A DNA stretch of 64,000 nt from Monocercomonoides exilis PA203. Taxonomy: Eukaryota; Protista; Preaxostyla. This document shows, one piece after another, positions 12,022 to 27,326 of the stretch; within the stretch, counting starts at the first letter, position 1; each line of letters starts with the position of its first letter. A model generated the notes under the pieces. It was not told the origin of the DNA. It worked only from the letters and a program-made list of their open reading frames with translations, and searched no databases. The position numbers and the translations under genes are program-made. The stretch is from positions 868,001-932,000 of the forward strand of contig LSRY02000031.1 in assembly GCA_001643675.2 (NCBI GenBank), in the 5' to 3' direction.

Positions 12022-12915
12022 ATGTTTTGTGATGAAGTAAAAGATTTTATAACAAGTGATAGTGGCTTAACGATTAAAAATGTAGCAGCCGAACCGCAAA
12101 GTGCTACGACTGTTCCATCTCCAACATGTGAATCAAGAATTTCATCAATTCCGAAATACTCTTTGTTTTCATCATTGAAAATTGCTCCATTTTCTTTTAA
12201 AGAACGAAAAATATGTCCTCTATGTGAAAGAAGTTCTCTTATGTTTTGTCCTTTTTGTGTTAGACCACATGATTGTTATCCTCCGCCTGAAGTTATTCTT
12301 CCTCTGAAATTGGATATAATAAAGCATCCAAAAGAAAACCCTCGTAAAAGCACTGCACTACACGCAAAAATATTAGCTCCATCACAAACAACGATTTGGA
12401 ATTTCCCAGATATTCCTGTTTTTAATGTTGATGAAACTTTGTGTTTATTTCCGTCACCTGATGCAAAAACTCTTTCAGAAATTGATTTGGCAAAATTCAA
12501 AAGAGTCGTTTTTATTGACTGCACGTGGCATCAAACACAAGAAATTTGTGATCATCCAAACATTTCGCATTTGACTTCTATCAAACTTCATGATCATCAT
12601 ACACTTTTTTGGAGATATCAGCATAAAGGTCCAGAATTTCTAGCTACAATTGAAGCCATATATTTCTTTTTTAAAGATTTTTATGAAGCTTCATGCAATG
12701 CTGAGTACAAAGGCGAGTTTGATAATTTGCTTTATTATTATGCTTTCCAATATGAGCAAATACAACATTTGTACGAAGTTGATGCACAAAAGAAAGTTTC
12801 GAAAAAACTTGTTCCAAATTACATTAGAACAAGAAGTATCAAAGATGATAATGAAAGAGAAGCAAAAGTGATAACAAAAGAAAAAGAAGATGAAACAATG
12901 AAAAAGGATAGTTAG
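12022..12915 (+). CDS. DTWD1: DTW domain protein, tRNA-uridine aminocarboxypropyltransferase (acp3U synthase) of the DTWD1 type
   Basis: RxxCxxC..FCPFC zinc motif, IIKHPKENPRKSTALHAKILAP, LFPSPDA, VFIDCTWHQ (DxTW), FWRYQ, LATIEAIY. First ATG at 12022; intronless. Confidence 0.92.
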   Translation: MFCDEVKDFITSDSGLTIKNVAAEPQSATTVPSPTCESRISSIPKYSLFSSLKIAPFSFKERKICPLCERSSLMFCPFCVRPHDCYPPPEVILPLKLDIIKHPKENPRKSTALHAKILAPSQTTIWNFPDIPVFNVDETLCLFPSPDAKTLSEIDLAKFKRVVFIDCTWHQTQEICDHPNISHLTSIKLHDHHTLFWRYQHKGPEFLATIEAIYFFFKDFYEASCNAEYKGEFDNLLYYYAFQYEQIQHLYEVDAQKKVSKKLVPNYIRTRSIKDDNEREAKVITKEKEDETMKKDS

Positions 12916-13336
12916 CAATTGTTGTTTATGGAATGATTTTTTTTGAAAGTTTTCTGAGAAATTTTTCATTTGGAAAACTTTAGCAAACAGTATTTTTGTA
13001 CGATTAATAATGATGTTTTCATTTTTGTATTTTTTTATGAAAAAATTCAATGATTTAAAAAAAAATATTGTTGCAATCTAAAAATTGAAAATTATCTGTT
13101 TCAGAGAATTATCGAAAGAAAAATTCTTTGTATATAAATTACAATTTTGCTCCGATTCAACATTAAATCAATGACTTTCACCAATAAAACACTCAATTTT
13201 TATGTTAAAAAAATGAACAAATGAATAAATGATTTTCCACCAACAACAAAGAAAGAAGAGTTTCTGAAAAAAACTGAAATATTAGTAAAATCGAAATCTT
13301 TTGTTTTTTATTAGAATTTTTCAAAGAAGGCTTGTA

Positions 13337-16207
<2,871 letters not shown>

Positions 16208-16345
16208 TTTATTAAAAATAAATAAACCTCTAAATTCCGTTAATTTTCAATGATTTTCTTGAAGTGTATAAATACAACCACCATTTTTGAATTTTATGGA
16301 TAAAAAATAATTGATAGTATAAATGAAATAAGTTAAAAGTATCTT

Positions 16346-19300
16346 TCATCCAATTGAGTCTTCAAGCATTTGAAGTATCTGTTGCAAAGATTCAAGTTCT
16401 TGCTTGTCTTGGCAGTCGATAATCTACAAAAAATAATGATGTTAGCATTCATCAAATATTAATAGATAAATTTTTAAAAAAGATAGAAAAATGAAGAATA
16501 AAAAAGATAGAAAAATAAAAAATAAAAAATCAAAAATCAAAAATAAAATGTTAATTAATAAAATATAGATACAAATACAAAATAAATAATTTATTTATTT
16601 CTTTCTTTCTTTCTTTCTTTTTTTCTTTTTTAACCCCTCACACCTTCTGAGTCCAATTAATATCTGCCATCAGCTTCTTCTCATCATCAATTATCACTCG
16701 AATAATCGTGTCTTCATTCCCCTTCGCTGTTATCATTTCAACTCCTTTCTCTCTCTCTCTCTCTTTCTTTCTCTCTCTCTCTTCATTTTCTTCATTTTCT
16801 TCGTCTTTTTCCTCAATTTGCTTAGAAACTTGCTCGATTTCCTTCACAACACCCAAAATTTCGCTCTCTATTGCTTTTTCTGCTTGTAACAATTCTTTTT
16901 TTTCTTCTTCTTCTTTCTCCTCCTCTTCTTCTTCTTTTCTTTCTTCTTTGTCTTTTTCTTCTTTTGCGTATTGTTTTCTCTTTCTCTCTTCTTCTCTTTC
17001 GTCTTCTTCTTTATCTTCTTCTTCCTCCTTTCTCTTCTTCTTCTTCTTCTTCTCTTCTTCTTCATTAACATTTCTTGTATTTTTCTTTCCTTCTTCTCCT
17101 TCTCTTTCTCCTCCTTCTTTCTCTTTCTCTTTCTCTCTCTCCTTCTTCTCCCTCTTCTCCTTCATCTCCTTCAACTCCACCCACAACCTCATCAGCTTCT
17201 TCCTCTCTTCTTTCTTCTTCTTCCTCAGTTCTTCTTTCTCCCTCATCTTCTCCCTCATCTTCTCCATCTTCTCTTTCCCTTTCTCTTTCTTCTTTCTCTT
17301 CTCGTTTTCTTCTCTTCCTTCCACCACAACTGACGAATATCGCTCTAAAAGCACAGAAATCAACGAAGAAAGCATTCTTTGTGAGCATATTTCAGAAACT
17401 GCTGAGGAAGAGAGAGGAAGGATGGGGGAGTGAGAAGAAGAAGAAGAAGAGGAAGAAGAAGAAAGATAGGAAGAAAAAGCAGATTTAGATAAATAGAGAG
17501 AAGGAGAGGAAGAAGAAGAATTTTTGTTAGTTTTTGTTTTAATGTCTTTATTTGTTTCTTTCTCTTCATTGTCTTTCTCTTCTTCCATCTTCTCTTCATT
17601 CTCTTCTTTGCCTTCTTTTCCTTCTCCTTCTCCTTCTCCATTTTCCTTCTCTTTCTTCTCCTTCTCCCCCTTCTCCTTCTCTTCTTTCTTTTCCTTCTTC
17701 TTCTCCTTCTCCTCTTCCTTCCTCCTTCTCCCTCTCCTTCTCCATCTCCCCTTCATCTTCTCCAATGTCTTCGATGTCTGCACAACCAATGCCATCGCCA
17801 CATCTGCCACACAGTCGGCGTCTTTGTTTGCTTCCCACTCAACCACGAGAGAAAGAAGAGGGAAAGAGGAGAGGAGGAAGAAGGGAAGGGAAGAAGGAGA
17901 GGAAGAAGGAGAGGAAGAAGGAGAGGAAGAAGGAGAGGAGGAAGAATTTAATGATGATGACCGTGAATGTGTTTGAGATAAAGATGAAGCGAAAGAAGAA
18001 GAAGAAGAAGAAGAAGATGATGATGATGATGTTATTGAAGAAGAATTTTTGATAAATTCTTTCATTTTTTCTCTTTCTCTTTCTCTTTCTCTTTCCTTTT
18101 CTTCTTCTTCTTCTTCTTCTTCTCTTTTCCATTCTTTCTTCTTCATCTCTTCAGAAATCAATCTTTGCGGAAGACAAAAAAACCCTTTTTTCTTTGAAAT
18201 CGCATATTTAACAGTAACACACTCATCGATTATCCATCTTCCTTCTCTTCTTCCTCTTCCTCTTCCTCTTTTTCTTTCTCCTTCTCTTTCTCTTTCTCTT
18301 CCTTTTTCTCTTTCTCCTTCTTTTTCTCTTTCTTCCTCTCCATCTTCTTCTTCATCTTCTTCATCTTCTCTTCTAATGCTATCTTCAAATGCCTTCATAA
18401 ACACATGATCCAAAATCTCAAACGGAATTTCATAAAGATTTTTACTTGATTTTCGTGGTTTTATATGTTTTTGTGAAGAAATTTCATTTTTTTCTTTTCC
18501 TTCTTTTATTTCGTTTTCTTCTTCTTTTTCCACTTTTATTTCATCATTTTCTTCTTCTTTCTCTTCCTTTTCTTCTTCCTCCTCCTCCTCTTCTTCTTCT
18601 TCTTCTTCTGCAAAGAAAAAGTCTTCTTCATCACTTTCATCTTCATCATCGTAATCTTCCTCTTCCTCTTCTTCCTCCTCCTCCTCTTCATCATCATCAT
18701 CTTCTTCTTCTTCTTCTTTCACATTTTTGCTTTTTCCTTTTACTTCCTCTTCTTTCATCATCTTCTTCTTCCCCTCCTCCTCCTCCTCCTCCTTCTCCTT
18801 TATCTCTATCTTTCCTTCTCCTTCTCTTTCTCCTTTTTCCTTTCTCTCTCCCCTCCTCCTTCTCCTTCTCCCCCTCATCCTCATCTCCACCCTCACAGGG
18901 CATTTCATCACTTTCAGCGGCGAAAACAGCCCAATCTCCTTCGCCAGCACCACTTTCTTTACTCCCACCACATCTTCCACCAAAACAGAGTCAATTGCTC
19001 CTACCCCTTCGCCTGTGCCCAGATGGGTGTGGAGGAGATGTGAGAGGGAGGAGGAAGAGGAAAGGGAAAAGAAGGAGGAAGAGGAAGAGAGAGAAGAAGA
19101 AGAGGAGGAGAGGGAAGAAAGGGAAGAAGAAGAAGAAGGATCAATTGAAAGTTCATTGTTATTATAATTATTATTATTGTTATTGTTATTGTTATCAATT
19201 GCAACATTTTCTGTTTTCCCCTCTTTTTTCGCTTCGTTCTCCATTTCATTCACAAATTCTGATATTTCATCCATTTCATTGCTTTCTCTTTCTCCTGGCA

Positions 19301-20451
19301 TTGCCATTGGATCTGAGGGGGAGGAGGAGGAAGAAGAAGAAGAAGGAAGAGAAGAAGAAGGAAGAGAAGAAGAATTAGAAGAAGCAGATGAAGAAGAAGA
19401 ACTTAGCTGACTCATTCTTGGTATGCTCATAGAAGTCCTGATAATCTCACTCACAATTCCCCCAACCGCCACGGCGTGGATGCGCCGGAAAAGCGGAATA
19501 TTCAAAGTTTCCGTGTTTGCCGGTGCCAAAATAAGCCCCCCATGTTCCTTTTCCCTCGCCTCTATCATTCCAAAGGAGGTTCTATTTGAAGAAGAAGAAG
19601 AAGAAGAATACTGCTGTTGCTGCGATTGTTGCATCGATTGGTTATTCGCCTGCCCTTTTTGTAAATTTGGTCCTTCTTTCGCCTCCTTTCCTGATGATGC
19701 TGCTGATGCTCCTGAAGAAGCAGAAGAAGAAGAAGAAGAAGAAGAAGAAGAAGAAGCAGACACACCTGTTGTTGAACCACTTGCTCCTTTCTCTGCTCCA
19801 ACTTTCGCATTCACATTATTATTACTATTATTATTATTGTTACTTCCACCTCCACCCCCCATCGTCATCATTGTCATCATCTGCGCCTTCATCATCGGCC
19901 TCAGCTTCTTCTGCAGATCGCCCATGACTGTCTTATCTCCATGCACCAGCACCACAAACTGCGGCCTCAAAGCGGACAACAGCTGAACTGTCTGTGCGAA
20001 ATCGCTGTGTGCCGAGAAGGAGATGAACTCTGCGCTCAGCCTCCGCGGAATCGCTGCCCCGGCCTGAGTCACGAGCGTTTTCAGCTCCATTTTCAAGTCG
20101 TGTGCAGGTGTCCCCTCGACAGAATAGCCTGGAAGCACCACGCCGTTCAAGGGAGAAGGAGCCCAGCGCTCCAGAAGCAGGCGAGAAAACCCGTTCTGCA
20201 TCATCCCGGGCGACGCAAGCACGACACAAGGGCCAGCGTCGATGAAGGATTCGCTTTTCTCGAGTGATATGATGTGCTTGAAGGAGAGGAGGCCAGACAT
20301 GGCGCGGGAGGCGGAGGAAGTGGAGGAGGCGGTGGCGGAGAAGGGGGAAGAAGAAGAGGAGGAAGAGGAAGTTGTTGTTGATGATGTATTTGTTGATGGT
20401 TTTTGAGCAGTGTTAAGTGGATTTAACTGAGTCGAATTGGAAGAAGAAGAA

Positions 20452-20485
<34 letters not shown>

Positions 20486-21743
20486 TTGAAGCAGCACCAG
20501 AGCCAGTTCCTGGCAACGCTGCCTGTGTCTGCGCATAAGCCGAGGCCGACAGCGCTGTTGTGTTCGCACCTGCACCTGCACCCGCACTCATATTAGCTGC
20601 CCCTCCAATCTGCCCTCCTCCTTCCTTTGCATTCCTCCCAACTCCTCCTTGTTCTCCCGGCACTTGCCCCATCGCCATCATCTGCATCTGCATCTGCATC
20701 TGCATTCTCCGCCTCGCATTCTCCCTCCTACGCGCCCCGTCCTCTGAAAGCAGGCGCCGCGGGTCGTCTGCGCCAAGCAGGCCGCCGACGTTCTCTGCAC
20801 CGTTCACGCTGTCGCACAGCTGGTCGATGTAGTTGCGCATGATGGGCAGCGCTTTGTTCGCAAGAGACGACACGTAGAAGATCGGGAACATCCGCATCTC
20901 CCGGTGCTGCTCCCAGTACTCGTCCAGAATCAGCAGCAGCTCCTGCGCACGCCCCAGTGCAAATATCGGAATCAGGCAGCGCCCGTTCCGCAGAAGGATC
21001 TTTCTCACTGAGTCCAGAAACCGCTTTTCTCGGGTTTTTTGAGACTCATGTGTTCTAACTCCATAAGTGGACTCCATTATTAAAATGTCCGGGCTCGATT
21101 GAGGAATTTCTGCTCCTTTTAATAGTCGATCTTCTTTTAATGAAAAATCTCCTGTGTATAAAAGTGAAATCCCATTTATCCCAATCCAAAACATTGCAGC
21201 TCCAAGCACATGTCCAGCATTGTAGCATGTGACTGTAATTCCGTGATATTGTATCACTTCTCTGTAATTAATAGTGTCTATTTTTTTCAACGAAAAAAGA
21301 ACATCTTCTTCTGTAAATCTTGGATCTTCGCTGACTCGCACATAATCAGTCACAACAATTTGGTAAAATGCTTTTGTCGCAGGAGTCATGAGGATCTTCC
21401 CTTTAAACGATTTATATCTGTGCAAAAAAGCAGGGAGACCAGCAGAATGATCCAAATGAAAATGTGAAACGACAATTAAATCCAGCTTGTCTAAGTCATC
21501 AACTGCTGATTCCCAAAAAGGAAAAGAATCTACTCCAGTGTGAGCCGGGTGAATACCGCAATCAAGCTTTCAATAAGAAATTAGATCCAAATAAAAAATT
21601 TCTTTAATATATTCTTGCTTTAATCAAACCAAAACTCGTTTTCCGCAGCATTTCAATAAAATGCAACTCCTTCCAACTTCGTTGCCAGCTCCTAAAGGAG
21701 TAATTTGATAATTTATTTGCTCCTGAGAAGTTATTCTTGCCAG
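16346..21743 (-). CDS. CPSF3: Cleavage and polyadenylation specificity factor 73 kDa endonuclease (metallo-beta-lactamase/beta-CASP) with very large low-complexity insertions
   Basis: ITPLGAGNEVGRSC, LDCGIHP, SHFHLDH, AGHVLGAAMF, YTGDFS, ESTYG, FALGRAQELLLILDEYW, ASPGMMQNGFSR, GYSVEGT, FSAHSDF, LVHGD. Introns at ~21569-21629 and 16424-16643; last exon IIDCQDKQELESLQQILQMLEDSIG*. Start codon uncertain (CTG at 21743). Confidence 0.93.
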
Positions 21744-21938
21744 TTTTTATATGAAATAAAATAAATTGTGGTATGATCTCATCTGACTTTTTCAAAAAAA
21801 TTTTCGAATAAAGCTGATTGTTTTCACAACCACATGGAACGAATATTAAATGTGAAGTTTTTATTGTCTAAAGTAATGTTTATTTATTCAACATTTTTTA
21901 TTTTTATTTATAAATAAATAAAAAAAAAATGAAGAAAT

Positions 21939-22969
21939 ACACCATTTATTATTCAAATTTGGTAAACTTATTATTCGAAATTGGTCAATTAATTATTCAA
22001 AATTAATAAACTAATTATTCGATTTTGGAAAACTAATTATTCAAAGTTGTTAAACTAATTATTCAAAATTGTTAAACTTTTTATTCGAAATTAATAAACT
22101 TATTATTTGAAATTGGTAAACTTCTTATTCAAAATTAATAAAATTGAGTATTTTTTTAAAAAGTTTTTTTGTGAAAAATTGGGTTTTGGCTGAATATCAG
22201 AAAATATTGAAAATATTATATTCACTCTATATTCGAAATATAGATGAGAATTTGAACCCAGATTTTTATAATTTGTGAATAAACAGAAATTTTCTGATTT
22301 TTCAGAAAAAAATCATCATCATGGAAATAAAATAATTTTTGAATTATTTCACCTCACATCGATAAATAATAAATAATTCAATCATGAAATGTTATTTACA
22401 CTACGAAATATTTATAAGAACAATAAAAAACAAATGAAGAATCCTGAAAGTACATTAATGGATTTTTTCTATAGAAAAAATTTTTGTTTCCAATTTACAA
22501 AATAGAAGCAAATAACATTTCATGATTGAATTATTTATTATTTATCGATGTGAGGTGAAATAATTCAAAAATTATTTTATTTCCATGATGATGATTTTTT
22601 TTCTGAAAAATCAGAAAATTTCTGTTTATTCACAAATTATAAAAATCTGGGTTCAAATTCTCATCTATATTTCGAATATAGAGTGAATATAATATTTTCA
22701 ATATTTTCTGATATTCAGCCAAAACCCAATTTTTCACAAAAAAACTTTTTAAAAAAATACTCAATTTTATTAATTTTGAATAAGAAGTTTACCAATTTCA
22801 AATAATAAGTTTATTAATTTCGAATAAAAAGTTTAACAATTTTGAATAATTAGTTTAACAACTTTGAATAATTAGTTTTCCAAAATCGAATAATTAGTTT
22901 ATTAATTTTGAATAATTAATTGACCAATTTCGAATAATAAGTTTACCAAATTTGAATAATAAATGGTGT
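21939..22969. mobile_element. Foldback-type element: 459/460-bp near-perfect inverted arms, 112-bp spacer, nine 22-bp tandem subrepeats at each outer end
   Basis: 21939-22397 is the reverse complement of 22510-22969 (only an A7/T8 indel seen on inspection). Subrepeat consensus WATTATTCRAAATTGGTAAACT. Confidence 0.8.
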
Positions 22970-24049
22970 TTGACAAAATCAACGAATTGTCAACATTTGA
23001 TCATAATAATCGAGAAAATGTTAATAAGATAAAATGTGCAAATTAGAGTTATATTTTGGAGCGTAACGTGATGGGTGTTTTAATTTCAGTTTCTATCAAA
23101 ATCCACTTTTTTAAAATTAAAATTATCAATTATCATTGTTTCAATGAACTTTATTGTTTGTATTGATGCAAAAAATTACAACTTTCATTTAGAAAAAAAA
23201 GAAAATAGACCGACAAATACACACAGTTAATTTTTATCACGAAATGTGATAATTTGTGATTTTGGTTCGATAATAACTGATGAAATAACACATGAAAATA
23301 TGTCAATTTTTTGATATTAAAAAAAAATGTGATTTCTTGAAGTCTTGATTAAACTGAGGTGATTATAACAGAATCTAACTTTATTTGAAAATCCAAGATC
23401 AAAATTCAAAAAAGGAGAATAATTTTGTATCCATAATTTTTCTATAAATATTTTCGGTTCGAAAATTTCATTTGAATATCAACAAATGAACACTTTTTAA
23501 TGAAAAGATTTTTTCAAGACATGGGTGATTTTTTTATAATTATTAGTTTTTTTCTCATGATAATTCTTCAAATGTGTTATTTATTTGGATTAAAATTTAC
23601 TATTTTATGGAAAAAATATAACAATTGTTTTTAATAGCGAAGTTCAAGATTCAATTCATAAAAAAAGTTATTTTTTTGAAAAGGAGTGATAACATTCCAG
23701 TATTCAAAAATAAAAAAAAATACGGACTTTCAAGCTTTTTTGTTCAAGGCATTTTAATATCGCTTCGCTCATGACTTTATTTTTCTTTCTCAGAATTCAA
23801 AATAAATATGATTTTCATATATGAACACAGGCATCGTTTATATAAAAACATAAAGTATTGTGTCATTTCACGTATTTTAAAAAATCGATCCATTTTAATT
23901 ATGTATTTCAATTTCAAAAAGTCAATGAAAAGGACAAAATTTTCAATGAAAATGCCTGAATAAAAATATTTTGCTCCAAATTAATATTCAAAATGAATTT
24001 TCAGACCGAATATTAGCAAACAGAAAAAATAAGGATTTAAAAACAATTA

Positions 24050-24438
24050 TCGTCACTTTCCTAATAGGCGGACACTTTTTTATAATGGCCGGACAGTAGC
24101 CTTTTCGCAGCAACTTATGAACGTAGAATTTTGATTTTTTCCCACATTAATCGTAAGGTGAATATGAGTATATGAAGCATTCTGAAAATCCTTCATTCTT
24201 GTTCATTCATTCTTTAAAAACAAATTTTATTTTTTGGAGAAACACGGAGTGATTAGTTTTTCCGAATTTCTCCGAAAAATTAAATTTGTTTTTAAAGAAT
24301 GAATGAACAAGAATGAAGGATTTTCAGAATGCTTCATATACTCATATTCACCTTACGATTGATGTGGGAAAAAATCAAAATTCTACGTTCATAAGTTGCT
24401 GAGAAAAAGCTACTGTCCGGTTATTAGGAAAGTGACTA
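24050..24438. mobile_element. Palindromic MITE of Tc1/mariner-pogo type with TA target duplication
   Basis: Ends TA|TCGTCACTTTCCTAATA..CGGACA and TGTCCGGTTATTAGGAAAGTGACTA|TA. About 155-bp nearly perfect inner arms around a ~24-bp loop. Confidence 0.8.
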
Positions 24439-24462
24439 TACCCACATTAATAACCAAATATA

Positions 24463-24724
24463 TGTCGAAATTTTTTTGTAAAGTTCCTTTTGTTTTATAT
24501 TCAGATAAAATAAAAATTTCATGTTTCGATCAAATTTCTATTCCCAGTCAACAGATTTTACTGTCAAGAAAATAAAATCTTGACATTGGTTTTATTATTT
24601 TTATTTTTATTTATTTTTTTTTTTTTGTGTAGTTTCATAAGAGAGTTCAGAAATTTCATCGAAGAAGAAATTTTTATCTTATTTGAAAATTTTTCAAAAT
24701 GAACTTTTCAAAAAAATTTCGACA
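24463..24724. mobile_element. Hairpin MITE (TGTC...GACA), copy 2
   Basis: TGTCGAAATTTTTTTGTAAAGTTC ... GAACTTTTCAAAAAAATTTCGACA; paralogous to 10136-10378. Confidence 0.7.
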
Positions 24725-24861
24725 CATTTCAAAGCATTTGGTTTTTACAACAGCTGTGAATTTTTGATGCTTTGACAACAAAATCTCTTTAAAACGATTA
24801 ACAACCTTTGAAATATTAACTATCCGAAATAAGTTTTGAATACAAAAATAAATACCAATAT

Positions 24862-25053
24862 TTCTTATATGAACTAACTTATGTTGCACACTAGACTTTC
24901 ATTTTCATTTAAATTGAATGATGCAATAAAATATTATAGAAATTATGGAGAAAATTATAATCCTATTTCTCCGAGGTTTCAATAATATTTTTTGCATTAT
25001 TCAACTAATATGAAAATGAAAATCTTGTTTGCAATATGAGTTTGTCATAAGAA
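24862..25053. repeat. Imperfect ~190-bp hairpin, probable old MITE
   Basis: TTGCACACTAGACTTTCATTTTCAT..TGCAATAAAATATTAT..GGAGAAA mirrored by TTTCTCC..ATAATATTTTTTGCA..ATGAAAATGAAAATCTTGTTTGCAA. Confidence 0.6.
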
Positions 25054-27326
25054 GTTTTGATAAATAGAAAGCTATCAGAATTATTCATTATTCGGTTATT
25101 GAGAAAACTGTATTGTCCAGAATTTCTTGCACTATATAAATTTTGTTCCACTCAACGGTCTTTTTCATTTTTCTCAATTCTTTTGTTTTCATTAGTATTA
25201 TGAATAAGAATGTCGGACTTTTTGAAAGACGAAAGAGAAAAATATCAAACAAAATACAGTTATTTATGAAAAGAAAAAATTATATTCCACATGAAATATT
25301 TCATTAATTAACTGGCATCTTAATTTTGATCAATACAGAATTTGCATCATTCTTTCAACTTTATAAAGAAAAACAAATTTGTTATTTCGAATTAATTTTT
25401 TTCATCACAAAAAATACTATTCTGATATTGGTTTTTGTGTGACAAATTCAACTTCAGTTGAGAATAATAACAAATGTTGTTAAGATAACATGAACTTATT
25501 TTATTTTTCAAAAATGTCATGCCTTCGAACTTTCCCAATGAATTAAAACATTTCAAAAAAAAATTTAATAAAATATCACATTACAAAATCTTTTTGACTT
25601 AAATGAGAAATATCTTTGTACGCTTTATATATTTTTCATTTTCATTTATTCAACATTAATTGGATATGTTCAAATATTTATTTAAAAAACCATAATAACA
25701 TTAAAATTCCTGCACTTTTTATTTTCCGTTTTCCGGAGTTTTTTGAATTTGTTGAAGATTGTTTCGAGATGAAACTTGCACAAACTTTTATTTATTTTTC
25801 ATTTTCATGTGCATGAAGCGGGAATTTCCAGTTTGCTTCAGTTATTTAAATGCACAGAAAATTACTCGTTTTGAAGACAGATGTTGCACAAATGTTTTTA
25901 TTTACTTTCCCTCCTGTTCAATAAATAATATTTTTGCAGAAACACTGCTTTTACACCTAAACCTTATGATATCAATGATTGAATGGATTGCTTTTCAAAA
26001 AATGATTCATTCAAAGCCATTCCAAATGATTCCTGAGCAAAATAGACATATTTAGAATTACTGTTTGCTTTTATTTTCGTTTATTTTTGGTTAATTTCAT
26101 TTGTTTCAGAAGGGCTGCATTTGGTTCGAAAATGCAAAAGAAATGATTGAAATACCAGACTCGAATCTGAAGAGAAAACAGACCAAGAACAAAAACAACG
26201 GAAGTGCCAAATGAATTGAAGGTTTGAGATTTTCTTTTATCAAAAGAATTTTTTATAAGTATATTTTAGGAACGTTTTATTCGATCATCAGAAAAAAGGA
26301 TTATTTAGATTATTAATCACAGAGACATTCAATCCTTCCAGATTGCACAAAGCTGTGAATGGCATAAAGGTTCAATAGCGAAAATGGGAATATGGAAATT
26401 ATTTTTTGGAAAAAGCAGTCATCATGATTGAGCAATCTCCAAATCTCCTCGTATTCATCAAAAAAACAATTTTCAATGTTCAATAAATGTGAGAAAAGGC
26501 TGGATTGAGGAATTTTTGAAGGAACTGGAAAATATCTGAAAAAGGCAGAATTTCATTGGATTACTGGTCAAGAATAACTGAAGCGAGATTGATTTAAAAA
26601 CAAATTGGAAAGAGGAAAAACAAAGGTGAACACAGTTCTGATGGAAAACATAAACTGCAACAAAGAAGAAGACTTGAAAAAGGGAAGATATGTAACAGAA
26701 GAGAGCAAAAAGAGGATCAAAAGAGGTAGAAAATGAAGAAAAATCAGAAAAGAGAAAGAACAGAGGATAATGAATCAAAAATCGATTTCTTTCTGAAAAA
26801 AGGAAAAAAGAAATTCACAGAAAAGAATTGCAGGAAAACATAGTTTTGAAGACTTAGTAAAGAATTGAAACAATATTATTCAATGAAGCAAAAGCAATTA
26901 AATGGCGTTTTGAAACATTCAGAATTTTTTATTGGTATTTTTATTTTCATCATTTTTTGATATTTTTTTTCTCTTTTTGTATTTTCAGGAATATTTGATA
27001 TTAGGTGAAGAAAATATGAAGATATCAGAAAAAAGACATCAATTTTACGGAAAAAGAGCTGAAGGGACGAGGAATTTCATTCAAACGGAACATGCGAGGA
27101 AAGATGAGTTTCAAAAATATTGAAGAAAAAAGAAAAAATCAATTGAAGAAGGCAGTTTTTTGGAATAAATATTGAAATTTAATGATTCAGAAAAATGGAA
27201 ATAAAAGCAGTGAAATGAATTTAGAAAATGAAAATGGTGCAGGAAAAAATGTTTTTAGATATTTGGAAAGATAATGGGTTGTTTTCAGAAATATGGGATC
27301 AAAAACCCATAATCATCATCGGAACA

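Noticed and set aside
16700-19990. Many plus-strand and alternative-frame ORFs rich in S/F/L or R/K
   Set aside because: Shadows of the GA-rich low-complexity coding tracts of CPSF73.
21945-22145. 22-bp repeat array as a CRISPR
   Set aside because: The units are contiguous with no unique spacers, mirrored in an inverted arm, with no cas genes, in a eukaryotic context.
26100-26800. Possible decayed transposase (MULE-like 'EWHK..IWKLF') fragment
   Set aside because: Too fragmentary; no catalytic motif or termini could be supported.
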